Counted from the whole stretch's first letter, positions 36,564 to 47,978 are shown. The stretch: 63,185 nt of DNA, filler included, from Dugesia japonica (GCA_001938525.1; 3 parts of 3 records of this genome joined end to end with filler, not necessarily neighbours in it); one strand, 5' to 3'. Program-made: numbers and translations. Notes: a model not told the origin generated them from the letters alone.

Positions 36564-38967
36564 CTATTTCTTATTAATATAAATTTGATAAATATAAAGT
36601 TTATCTGGAAAAGTTAATTCTATAAAATTTGATTTGTTATCAGGAATTAAATTTGTCTTGTCATAGTAAATTTTGTTATCTTTTGAAGTCACAAAATATT
36701 CATTTATAGTATTATTTAGTTTAATGCTATATTTAAAATTACCATCTACAGTGTGACCTACAAATCTAAAACCTGTTATATTTAATTCTGAATATGTTTT
36801 NATAGAAATAACAAATGGTTTTTCAAGATAAAAATAACCATTTTCTATTTTTCCTTTTCTTTTAAAATCTATTCTTTCTACATCTCTATTAATATAATAC
36901 CAAGGATATGTTACATTAAATATTTTAAAACTGAACATCTTAGTTTTATCATTTGAAATTAAATTACTAAATGGAATGTAATTATCAATTATTTCTTTTA
37001 TACTTTTAAGTCTTATTTCATCATTATTTGCAGAATATTCTTTCATTAAAGTATCAATTCTGTTAACATGAGATTTATGAAGATTTTTTTTTATTTTTTC
37101 ATATTCTTTCAACNAATTCATCTGGAATTTTAAATGTAATAATTTTAATATCTAAATTCATTAAAAAAATTCCTTTTGGTAACATTATTTCAATGTAAGC
37201 GATTTCAGCAACATTTAAAATTTCTTTGCTTTCACGATAAATATTCATAAGATTATCATTAGGTTTCACATATAAAAATGTTACTGCTTTATGGTTAATT
37301 TTAATGTAATAACTAAATTTTGGAACTTCACAGAAACCAGAAATACTTATTCCGACTTTATTTTTTAATTTTTTATGTAATTTAATAATTAAAATATCTT
37401 TAATATTAAAATAATGATCACTGAATGTTGTATGTTTAAAACAATCTTTTCTTGTAAAATCTAAATCATATACACAATCTTTATCAAAACTAAAACATGG
37501 AAGTAAATCATTTTTCTTTATTGGAATTATTGAAAATATTAGATATAGATCAGGTGGAAAGCTACGTCGGTCTGCGCGTAAATAAGGTAAATAATTATCA
37601 ATTAAATGTTTTATTTTTATAATGTTAAATGTTTCAGATATAATGTTAAATTTATCAATAAAATATTTATGTAAGTATGGTTTTATCTTATCAAATTCTT
37701 TAGTTATATCTTCATATTTTTTACTGTTATCTAACATTTCTCTTATGGCTTTATTATTANNNNNTTTAAATAATAAATCAATATTGTTAATTTGTTTATT
37801 ATTAAATTTTGGTTTCAGTGATTCATACTCTTCTTTTAATTCTTCAAACGTTTCTATTGATTCACTGATAACATTTATTTTTTGTAACCAGAATCCTTTT
37901 GGTAAAATTATTTCAATAGAATTTACTTTTGTTTCACTGATATTTGCTCTAAAATTAAAATGATTTTCTTCCGTAACATATGTAAATCCATGAATGTTAT
38001 TATTATTAACATTAACATTATAATAAAAGGTTTTAGATATATAATAATAACCGGTTATACTTACAACAGTTTTTTCATTTATCTTTGTGGTTAAATGAAT
38101 AGAAAAATCATTTAAAATATAAAAATGTTGATTTTCCATTATACCTTTTCTTTTAAAATCTAAATTGGTTATATATTTATCCATAACAGTAAATTGTGGA
38201 AGATCGCTTTTATCATCACAAAAAATTGAAAATATTATTTTTTTAGTATCAAGAAAAACATATNNNNNNNNNNNNNNNNNNNNNNNNNNNNNNNNNNNNN
38301 NNNNNNNNNNNNNNNNNNNNNNNNNNNNNNNNNNNNNNNTAAAACTTATATGTAGTTTTGGTTTTATTTTTTCATATTCTTTAAATAATTTAATTTTATC
38401 AATATTAATTGTATAGTAGTCAAAAGTTTTCTTGTCTAAATTATCATTTAATATCTCAATATCTTTTTTAATTTTCAATGAATCAAGCGTATCAGAATCT
38501 AATTCTTTTAATTTAATTAATAAATCACTTCTTTTATATGAAAAAACTGATAATTTTAGAATTTTAATTTCACTGAAGATTTTGTCAAATGTTTCTTGAT
38601 TACAGTTTTTTGTTAATTTTTGAATTTTAGTATTTAAACCTGAAATATCAACATTTAACACTTTTAATTCTGAGATTTTAGATTCTAAATATAACTTGTT
38701 AGCTGTAAAACTATCAACTTTTAATAATTTATTGAATATTATTTCATGTTTTTCTAATTTTTCTTCTAAAGATTTTATATATTTCAAATTAACCGCATCT
38801 TGTAGATCCTTGGGATCGTCTTTTATTTTTAGAAATGTTATAGAATCACCTGTTTCATTTACATATTTATTTTCAGCCTGAGCATCTAAGGTTCTAATTT
38901 TAGCATTTACATTTTTCAATATTTCTGTTGAATCGTTAGAATCAGCTGTTGCACCAAACTTATTCAT
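36564..38967 (-). CDS. Fibre/adhesin-like protein with three tandem diverged domains; probably one ~800-aa ORF broken at an ambiguous base (37114)
   Basis: KYVNETGDSIT and DDPKDLQDAVNLKYI (fibre-like motifs), a coiled coil, then 3x [KE(Y/F)(E/D)KIK..LH...FS...(L/I)DF.RK...(I)(S/T)G]. Confidence 0.65.
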
Positions 38968-38993
38968 CTTCTTCCTTTATGGTTCTTCTTCCT

Positions 38994-39431
38994 TTATGGT
39001 TCTTCTTCCTTCTTTTTTAATATTGAATTATAAAGATCTAACATTTCAGATATAATATTCCCGAAGGCGCTACGCTTTTCGAGTGAATATAAAAAATAAA
39101 TACATAAGATTCCACATATTTCAGTGTTAAAATGTTGCACTTGAATTTTATTATAAACTTTAGTAAATTTTTCAAGTTGATCTAAAGGTTTTAAACCAAA
39201 AGAATCAAAATAAAATCCTTTATGATATGCAACCCAATGTGTTCCATTTTGATTTGAATTTTGATAATTAAAAATGTAACATTTAGAATGTAAAATTTTA
39301 AATTGCTCATTTTTCATGTAAATCTCAAGAGGTAGATCTAAAAATTTAGCAATTGAATATAAATCAAAATTTGTTGTTGTGTTAATACCAAATGTTTTTA
39401 GAAAATCTAATAAACAGAATTCTTGTGACAT
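38994..39431 (-). CDS. Adenain-like (Ulp1/CE clan) maturation cysteine protease
   Basis: GTHWVA, YFDSFG, QVQ, CGILC give the His-Asp-Gln-Cys catalytic residues. Confidence 0.93.
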   Translation of the reverse strand: MSQEFCLLDFLKTFGINTTTNFDLYSIAKFLDLPLEIYMKNEQFKILHSKCYIFNYQNSNQNGTHWVAYHKGFYFDSFGLKPLDQLEKFTKVYNKIQVQHFNTEICGILCIYFLYSLEKRSAFGNIISEMLDLYNSILKKKEEEP

Positions 39432-39434
39432 TTT

Positions 39435-40211
39435 CTATAATCGATATTTACGTAGATGTGCTAAAATTGTAATTGTTTCTTGGTTAAAGTCGATGGTGTT
39501 AAAGTTTTCATCTACTATGTTAAATTTAAAATTGTCAATGTAATCTGTGTTAATTTTAGAATAAATAGGTGGAGATGGACGTTCTACTATTTTATATCCA
39601 AATGGAACTGTGTTAATTGGAAATGAATATAATAAATTAATTTTTTCTGTTTTTACATTGGTTGTTGCATAATTACCTTTAACAATGTTACATGTTACAT
39701 TTATCGCGTTAATATTTGAAATGTTAATTTTAGAATCTGAATAATAATCTCCAGGTTCATATTTTCCAGGTTTAAATCCTAGGATCTCGTGGAAGAATGA
39801 TTTAGAATCAAATGTTATAGTAACTTTAGTTTTAATGTTACATTTAGATGTTGCAAGGTCAGGTTTAATTTCTAAATATTTTTCTAAACGATTTGACATT
39901 TCTTTTACTTCATATGACCCTGGTTCCAAGGATTTTTCACCTGGGGTTATAACTTCATATTTTTCTTGTTGTTGTTGTTTTTGTCCTTGTGGTTGTTGTT
40001 GTTGTTGTTTTTGTTGTTGTTTATCATGTTGTTGTTTTATATATTTTCCTTCGGCATGAAATTTATTATTCAAACTGGTAATATTAAAAATAATATTGTA
40101 ACATGAAAAATATAACAATCCAAGTTCATATTCTGAATCTAATTTTATCGGGAAATCAAGATTAATTTTTAAATCTTGTTCTGTTCCAACTACTAAGAAT
40201 TGATGGGACAT
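39435..40211 (-). CDS. Minor capsid protein (penton) with polyQ insertion
   Basis: PIKLD.EYELGL, PGSYEV, INVTCNIV, PFGYKIVERP.P.Y, DENFNTIDF. Confidence 0.85.
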   Translation of the reverse strand: MSHQFLVVGTEQDLKINLDFPIKLDSEYELGLLYFSCYNIIFNITSLNNKFHAEGKYIKQQHDKQQQKQQQQQPQGQKQQQQEKYEVITPGEKSLEPGSYEVKEMSNRLEKYLEIKPDLATSKCNIKTKVTITFDSKSFFHEILGFKPGKYEPGDYYSDSKINISNINAINVTCNIVKGNYATTNVKTEKINLLYSFPINTVPFGYKIVERPSPPIYSKINTDYIDNFKFNIVDENFNTIDFNQETITILAHLRKYRL

Positions 40212-40247
40212 TTTGTTAAGATGTTAAATGATGAAATGTAACATTTC

Positions 40248-41165
40248 TCACTTAAAATATTTAGTTTTATATTTTTTATAAATAATATTAGATAATAAAC
40301 CTTTAGATTTTAATTGTTTACAGAGAGATTTAATTTCAGATCCGAGATTATTGTGTCCAGATTTTACAGCTGAAATTAATAATGTTAACTTTTCAAATAA
40401 TGCAATTGGATTCCTATCTTTATAACCATGTTTTATTCCTTTAGCTTTATAAATTTTTCTCTCTATAGGTTCTGACTTATCTTCTTTTTCTGTTGCATAT
40501 TCTGTATCATATTCAGTTCCTGATTCTGCTTCTGAATGTTTAGCTGTTCCTTCTGTTTTAATTGTTTTCTTTCTTTTTGTTTTGNNNNNNNNNNNNNNNN
40601 NNNNNNNNNNNNNNNATTTATTAACATAATCACAATTAGTTGGAAATGGTGATATAAATTTTAAATATGTTTCGATATCAGAAGGTGTTTCTTTATTATC
40701 TGGGTTTCCAAGGATTAATCTAAAAATTCCATCTGTGTATGGTAAAATTTCAGATTTGAATAAGAAATTTTTAGTGTTTTCTTCCTCAAATAAATAAATT
40801 TTATTTTCATTGAAAGTTATTTCCAGAAAACTTTTAATTTTATCAACCGCTATAATATCTAATTTAGAAAACTTAGGAGTAATTTTTTGGGTTAATTTAC
40901 CAGAAGTATCAATGTTATCAGTTGAATATATAGGTGCGAAAGGAAGTATTTTTTCATTCAAAAAGAATTTTGTTATATCTCTAGTTTCTGGTTTTAATAG
41001 TTCTTTTCCTGTTGCAAGTTTTTCAATTGCGGTGATTGTTGGTTGTTGTAAAGTTGACAAGTTAGATTGTAAAATGTTATAATCTTGAATTTTATGACAA
41101 TGTAAATTATTATATTTTTCACGAATGGTGATTAGATCATTTAATTCTTTAATTCTATCATGCAT
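40248..41165 (-). CDS. Polinton hypothetical protein, probably conserved core/PZ-like
   Basis: C-terminal LFEKLTLLISAVKSGHNNLGSEIKSL...L..KGLL resembles a motif I recall from Polinton uncharacterised ORFs. Confidence 0.6.
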   Translation of the reverse strand: MHDRIKELNDLITIREKYNNLHCHKIQDYNILQSNLSTLQQPTITAIEKLATGKELLKPETRDITKFFLNEKILPFAPIYSTDNIDTSGKLTQKITPKFSKLDIIAVDKIKSFLEITFNENKIYLFEEENTKNFLFKSEILPYTDGIFRLILGNPDNKETPSDIETYLKFISPFPTNCDYVNKXXXXXXXXXXXKTKRKKTIKTEGTAKHSEAESGTEYDTEYATEKEDKSEPIERKIYKAKGIKHGYKDRNPIALFEKLTLLISAVKSGHNNLGSEIKSLCKQLKSKGLLSNIIYKKYKTKYFK

Positions 41166-41194
41166 TTTTTAATGGTTTAATTTAAAGGTTTCCT

Positions 41195-41812
41195 TTATGT
41201 TTCATCATCTTCGGTTTCATAATCATCTTCGTCTTCGGTTTCAGTTTCAGTTTCAGTTTCATCTTCAAAACCTTTTCCTTGTTGTTGTGTATTATATGGA
41301 TTTAAATATATTCCTTTTCCTTTCTTAACTATGTGAGTTCCAGATTTAAACTTTTTAGTTAATAATTTAAATTTAGGATCAATGTTTTTTAAATATTTGT
41401 GTATTGCGGTTCCTTGATATGGATTTAGAAATATTCCTTTTCCTTTATGGTTTTTACCTTTAACTCCAGTTCCTGTTTTGTTATCGTTTAATTTTTGTTG
41501 TTCTACTTGTTTTTGTATGTCAAGTATTTCACCTTGTTTTTGTTTATTTATTTTTTCAAGAGCTTGAGCTTGGGCAGCTCTTGAATTAGCAACTGTAGTT
41601 GCAACACCAGATGCAATTCCAGTTGAAGTTGCTAAAGCACTAATTACCCATGGTATTGCAGCTAAGAATGCAAATCCACCTTCTTTGTGTTTTTTAACCG
41701 CTTCATCTTTAACTTTTTTAGAGATACAATAATTTTTACCGTTTATTTTTACTGATTTACATTTTCTAGAATTTATAATTTTAATTAATTCTTCTTCTGT
41801 TGCTTCTGTCAT
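41195..41812 (-). CDS. Adenovirus pX/cupiennin-like core/membrane-active peptide precursor
   Basis: KEGG-FAFLAAIPWVISALATSTGIASGV; repeated KGKGI[FY]LNPY; acidic tail. Confidence 0.7.
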   Translation of the reverse strand: MTEATEEELIKIINSRKCKSVKINGKNYCISKKVKDEAVKKHKEGGFAFLAAIPWVISALATSTGIASGVATTVANSRAAQAQALEKINKQKQGEILDIQKQVEQQKLNDNKTGTGVKGKNHKGKGIFLNPYQGTAIHKYLKNIDPKFKLLTKKFKSGTHIVKKGKGIYLNPYNTQQQGKGFEDETETETETEDEDDYETEDDET

Positions 41813-41834
41813 ATCTATTTTATATATTTACATT

Positions 41835-44800
41835 TTAGCATTTTACATTTTTATTTATTATGTCTAATCTCATATGCCAAATTAAACATGTTTCACAATA
41901 ACATTGATTTCCATGTGGCCATGTTGTTGTTGCGTTATCTTCGATTATTCTTTTATCAGAATAAGCTGTTAATGCTATTTTCTTTTGTGAAGTTAATTTA
42001 ATAATATGGAGTTCAGATTTTAATGAATAATTTGTTCCATAGATTATTTTCTTTGAATCTTCTATTATTGAATCAAATTCTTGCATTCTAATAGGATTGA
42101 AAGCTTGAACACCTTTATGTTTTTTAGATAATTTTACTTCGTTTGCTTTATCTATATATTCATATGCGTAAGATTTTGGTTTTATAAATACACATTTTAG
42201 AATTTCAGAATTTGGCATTTCATCTTTCATTTGAAAAAGATTATCACCAGTTAATGAATTTAGAATTTCAAGATTATTATCACCGATGATCTCTACAAAT
42301 ACAGAATCAGTGTCAGAATAATGAATTTTATAGTTATCTTTAACTGCTGGTTCTAACTGGTTATATACGAAATTGTACATTACTTCTTTAGCATATTCGA
42401 GAATAGTGAAACCTAGATATGGAAATTTATTATAATTTAATTTCGTTTTCATCATGTGAACTGCTGCAATTTTAGATGCAATTCCTGGTTCTAATTTGAA
42501 AGTTTTAGAACTTAAATATGTTGGTTTAGAAACTAGATTTTGATAATCTTCATCAGTTCCTACAATATGAACATTGCAACGATTTCTGATATTTTCTAGC
42601 GTTTTACCATAAAATGAATTATTCATATCTTTAAAGAAACTTACTCCAAATTCATCTTTATTTTTTTTAGCTAAAGATCTTTGTTCGATATTAAATAGAA
42701 TGTAATCTTTTAACCATGTAGATACTGACATTTTATATTTTGAATGTATCTTTTTTAATTTCATTCCTAATGAAAGATATAGATCTAGGGTTGAGCCTAA
42801 GATTATATAATTTTTCTTATCGAATTGATTCATTGTTAATTTTTTATTTTTATCTGATATTTTTATATTGAATGATTTTTGGTAATTACTTAACATATCT
42901 TGTGTAATAACTAAACTTTCAGGTGCTAATGGGAAATATTTAGTTTTATCATGAATTTCTCTTGGATATTCAAGATCAACTTCATATAGAAAATTCATAG
43001 TATCTGTTGCTGGTTCGTAATCTAACTCGTTAAATTCAATAAATTCACCTGTTGGAAGAGGTTATGTCATACAACTTGAATATAAAGAATTTGCATCTAG
43101 ATATTTTATATGTCTATTTTCCATTATATTTTCAACATTAATTTCTTGTTTTGAATTCATCATTTTTACGAGATTATCAAAATCTGATTTATTTAATTGT
43201 CTTGTATATGGATCTTTATTTTTATTATATGAAAACACTTGACGGTCACCTTCCTCACCAGAATAGCCACCACGTACTCCACGTTCAAATTTTAGAAAAG
43301 TATTATAAGTTTCTTTTTTAGCAAATTTTAGTTTCTGTTGTGAAAATCTCATTCTTGCTTGCCATGTTAAACCCGATGTGGTATAGCAATAACTTGGGTC
43401 TATTTTATAAAAGTCAAGACATATTTTTCTAAAGTTTTCTACGTAATCTGCTAAGATTAAAACATCTAGTTTCATATAGTGTAACATATAATTCCAGAGA
43501 TTTCCATGTATTTTATAATCATTTAAAAATTCTTGATATTCTTGGTCGGAGATTCCTTTTTGTCTTAGTTTAGAAAAGAAATCTTCTTTTGTTGGTGTTC
43601 TATTAGATTTTAATAATTCTATGATTTCTTCTGTATTGTTTCCTTTTATAAAGTCATATGGAAATGAGACTTTTTTAGGTTTTAGTTTGTATAATGTTAA
43701 TATTTCATGCTTTCCTGATTTAGAGAGTGTTTCACCCATTTTCTCGACTGTAGTTTTACATATTTTAAATGAATCTAGGAATCTAATATTTCCATAATTA
43801 AATGCTATATATTGATCTTCAGAATGTGGAATTATATTTTTTAGTTTACCCGGATCATTACATATAAGTTGTCTGAAGAATAAATGATTATCGTAACCCA
43901 TTGCATTGTGAAAGTAACATGGTATAAATAAATTTTGTGGTTTACATTCTTTGTGAATATAACCTCGAGGTTCTTGAGTTAAATAATTATAATCGAAAAC
44001 TGAATCTTTTAGAATTTGTCCGGAGGTCAGCGTAGCGATCGGTTGTTCACAATAGTAACATTTATTATTTACTGGTGGATATTCCCCGTTGTATGATTTT
44101 TCTATATTTTCAAATTTAATATTAATGTTATCAAGAAATTTTATAAATTCGTTAACTACATTTTCACCTGATGAATAATAATATTTACTTGGAATTAATT
44201 CTGGATAATCAGATTTTACATATATTCCGAGACTTATTGGTTCTTGAGTATTATCATGATTAGTGTAACATTCAAAATCGGCGTAGATTACAAATGGAAT
44301 TTTATTTTTAAAATAATAATTTTGAAATTTAAAATGTTCTTGATATGGAAATTTAACACTTATTGATTTATGATGTATACATTCTTCTTGATGTTTTAAT
44401 AAAACTTCATTAGAAGAATAAATATTCATACAACCGAGACATAACTGATTACCATATTTAATATTAAATAAAGTATGTACATTTCTAACTAGAATAAAAT
44501 GACTTTTATAAATTAGAAGGCTACATTTATTTTCTTCTGGTTCTGGTTTTACTGTGAAATGTTTAATGCGAATTGGTATAATTTTAGTATCTAATTCAAA
44601 AATATTTATCTTGTAATTATTTAATTTCTCGAAGATTTTTATGTCAGCGAGTTCAGTTGGGAAATTCATTCCTTGGATATTTAATTCTGGTAAATGTGGG
44701 GTATAATTAGAAACGCGTGTTGGATTTCGAAAAATATATTTATGTGCGAGAATTGAATATAGAAAGCATTTATCATCTTTATTTTCTATGTTAATAATTC

Positions 44801-45590
44801 CATATTTATTTTTCAATTCTTCTGGTAACTCTTGATAAGTATATGCGCCAGCTTTACATATTGAACCATATTTTTCAAATACTACTTTGTAACTGATTAT
44901 ATGTGACATGACCCAACCAGAACCTTCTAGTTCTTTATTTCGCATATAATTTTCTAGTCTTTCATATACATCATCTAATTTTTTAGGTATTGATGCTTTT
45001 GTGTAAATTTTCACACTTGGTACATATGAATAAATTCGCTTTGTTTCTTCTTCTCTTAAATACAAACATGTAACACCCAATTTGAATTCAAATCTAAAAC
45101 CTAGTTTGAAAAACTCTCTAACGACATATTCAATTTCTATTTCAAGTGGTTTTGTTGTTTCTAACATTCTTTCTTCTACATTTTTTATCATTATTAATCT
45201 ACTATTTAAATTGACATCGATATAATAATATTCTGGAAATGTTTCATAATTAAATACTTCTAGAATTGTTTTAGGTCTTGATCTCCAATTTTTATCTATT
45301 TTCTTTTGTAATAACAAATGTCGTTGATTTGTTAATTTATGTGCATTTATTAATTCTATGGTATCAAAATGCTTATCGCAGAGTTCACAATATAAATGTA
45401 TTAAATTACATTTAGTTTTTTTAAAATGTACATTTAACCCATGTTGAGTTCTAAATTTTTTATTGCAAATTGGACATGTTATATAATCATTTGGATTTAT
45501 AATTTGACATTTTCTAGATTCTATATGTGAATTTAATCCACGTTGATTTTTAAATATTTTATCACAGTTGGTGCATTTTAATGAAGACAT
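41835..45590 (-). pseudogene. polB: Protein-primed family B DNA polymerase, 1252 codons with a single in-frame TAA at 43062-43064
   Basis: Three N-terminal Zn fingers, EGSGW, YADFEC (ExoI), FHNAMGYD (ExoII), YMKLDV (ExoIII), YLDANSLY (A), KDMNNSFYGK (B), YSDTDS (C). The two ORFs are in frame: CMT*PLPTGEF...DTMNF. Confidence 0.93.
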
Positions 45591-45661
45591 TTGTTTTTTT
45601 ATCCTCTTTTATTATAATAAAATTTTAATCATAGTATATCGATTTCCTCTTTAATTACAGT

Positions 45662-45937
45662 ATAGAATTGTAGAATGTAGAATGTGAAATGTAGAATGTA
45701 GAATGTAGAATGTGTCATTGTAGAATGTGTCATTGTAGAATGTGTCATTGTAGAATGTGTCATTGTAGAATGTGAAATGTAGAATGTGACATTGTAGAAT
45801 GTGAAATGTAGAATGTGAAATGTAGAATGTAGAATGTGAAATGTAGAATGTGAAATGTAGAATGTGAAATGTAGAATGTGAAATGTAGAATATGAAATGT
45901 AGAATGTGAAATGTAGAATGTGAAATGTAGAATGTGA
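45662..45937. repeat. Right subterminal minisatellite (GTAGAATGTGAAAT)n / (GTAGAATGTGTCATT)n
   Basis: Directly visible upstream of polB. Confidence 0.9.
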
Positions 45938-46074
45938 CAATAACACAATTCCCCCAAGGTTCCTCGAACCCTAGGGGAATATGGGTTGTTTTTCATATAC
46001 TTATATGATATAATTTTTTGTGTGTTTTTTAAAGGTTGGTGGGTCCTTTTATATTAATTTTCCCGGCTTGGATC

Positions 46075-46174
46075 NNNNNNNNNNNNNNNNNNNNNNNNNN
46101 NNNNNNNNNNNNNNNNNNTTAATTAATTAANNNNNNNNNNNNNNNNNNNNNNNNNNNNNNNNNNNNNNNNNNNN
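46075..46174. other. Artificial contig spacer
   Basis: 44 N + TTAATTAATTAA + 44 N. Confidence 0.95.
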
Positions 46175-47714
46175 TATAAGCTTTAAATGGCTAGGAATTT
46201 CATTTGAAATAATAAGCTCATACAATTTATCATTCATTGTATAAAAAAATAAATACTAATTTAATCTAGTTAAAATAAATTTTAATTTCAAAGTGCGAAG
46301 GTCCTTTTTTTACAAAAATATATTTGGATATTCAAATTGTTACATACACATAAATAACCTTACAATTGGCAATGAAACGTATTTTTTAACAATAATTAAA
46401 TCGTATATAATCGACGTATATAATTTTAATTTTAATATTGTAAAACAAAAGCATATATTAATTATTAAAAGATACAGCTTCAATATTTATTAAATTATTC
46501 ATAAAATATAGACAACAGTTTTATTACGAAGTCATTTATAAAATGTAATCGTTATACTTCTATTTTAGAGATTAAAATAAACAGAATATTTTCAATTATA
46601 TGACAATTCAGAGAAATAACTCTTATTGTAAATTTAATTAAATGAAATTTTTAAGTTTGAAAATATAAAAACAAATGTGAGATTTGATAAAAATGTATCA
46701 TAGAATAAAATTAATATCATAAATATCAAATTTTTAAATGAAGTCTTTTGCCTTTAATTTGTGTTTTTTCAATACTTAATGTTGAATAGAAACATCTACC
46801 TAAGTAAGGCAAATGAGTAAAATCAAGAAATTGTAAAAACTAAGAAAAGTTGTATATTAAATAAAAAATGAAATTAATAAAACAAACATTACAGAAACGG
46901 CTAAATTCAATATACCAAAGTAAGAATAATAATTTTGTAATTATCATTTTTATTCAATAAAGTTTATTAAAACAGAAAGTGTTTGTTATTTAATTATATT
47001 ATTATTAATAATTAATAATAAATTTTGCCTATATGCCTAATAATTAAATAAATTTATTGTAATCATAGAACTATTAGTGTTAGTTCCTAGCCTACAGAAC
47101 CTAACATAACTAATAAATACTTTCATAATAATAATACTGTTTGGTCGCCTAGCAGAATCGCACTAAGAATTTATTCTATCGTCCCTACGCTAGATCTTTG
47201 GAAAGGAACCGTTGACTCACAACCCCTAGTTTGAGTGCATGTCCGTACTCCTTTGGTTCGGGTTCTTTATCTCCCCCGATGCATAAGTAAGGATTTCTTA
47301 ACCCATTGTTGGTTTAGGTTTTTCCAATCATTTTCATCCAATAAATGTTCGTTATAGAAAAACTATGATTCCCCTTATCGTTATGCTCAGTTATCCGCTT
47401 ATTGCCATGACTGTCACCTATGATCTCCTATATTATAACCCTTATCATCGATATTGATCCCATTGATTATTAAGAATAAATTCAACATATCTGTCCTCCC
47501 TTTCAGGCCTGAACTAATAGCGAATTTATAATTAAGTATATTCACGCTATTAACTACCTTGTTAACTGGTGACTAGTATAGCCATTTATCATATGCGTCA
47601 TAACTTCTATGGAGTGGCTGTTACTGTTCATATGGTTATTTAGAGCTCGAAACCCTGTTATTATAATCACTAATATGATTATTACGACAGTTGTCAATAC
47701 CGTTATAGTATAAT

Positions 47715-47777
47715 AATTATCACTATCATTATTATTATCGCTATCATCATTTTTATTATTATTACTATTATCATTAC

Positions 47778-47826
<49 letters not shown>

Positions 47827-47935
47827 NNNNNNNNNNNNNNNNNNNNNNNNNNNNNNNNNNNNNNNNNNNNNNNNNNNNNNNNNNNNNNNNNNNNNNNNNN
47901 NNNNNNNNNNNNNNNNNNNNNNNNNNNNNNNNNNN

Positions 47936-47978
<43 letters not shown>

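Larger units (their letters stand above)
28160..46074. mobile_element. Near-complete Polinton/Maverick (adintovirus-like) genome, ~17.9 kb
   Basis: Full core set (pPolB, rve integrase, ATPase, adenain, MCP, mCP) in two convergent gene blocks; fills the whole contig, with true termini and TSD not captured. Confidence 0.95.

Noticed and set aside
43062-43064. Alternative genetic code (TAA=Gln)
   Set aside because: TAA is the normal terminator of PP1, MCP and integrase; only one internal instance in this polB.
45629-45996. HILHFTFY-repeat ORFs
   Set aside because: Translations of the subterminal minisatellite.
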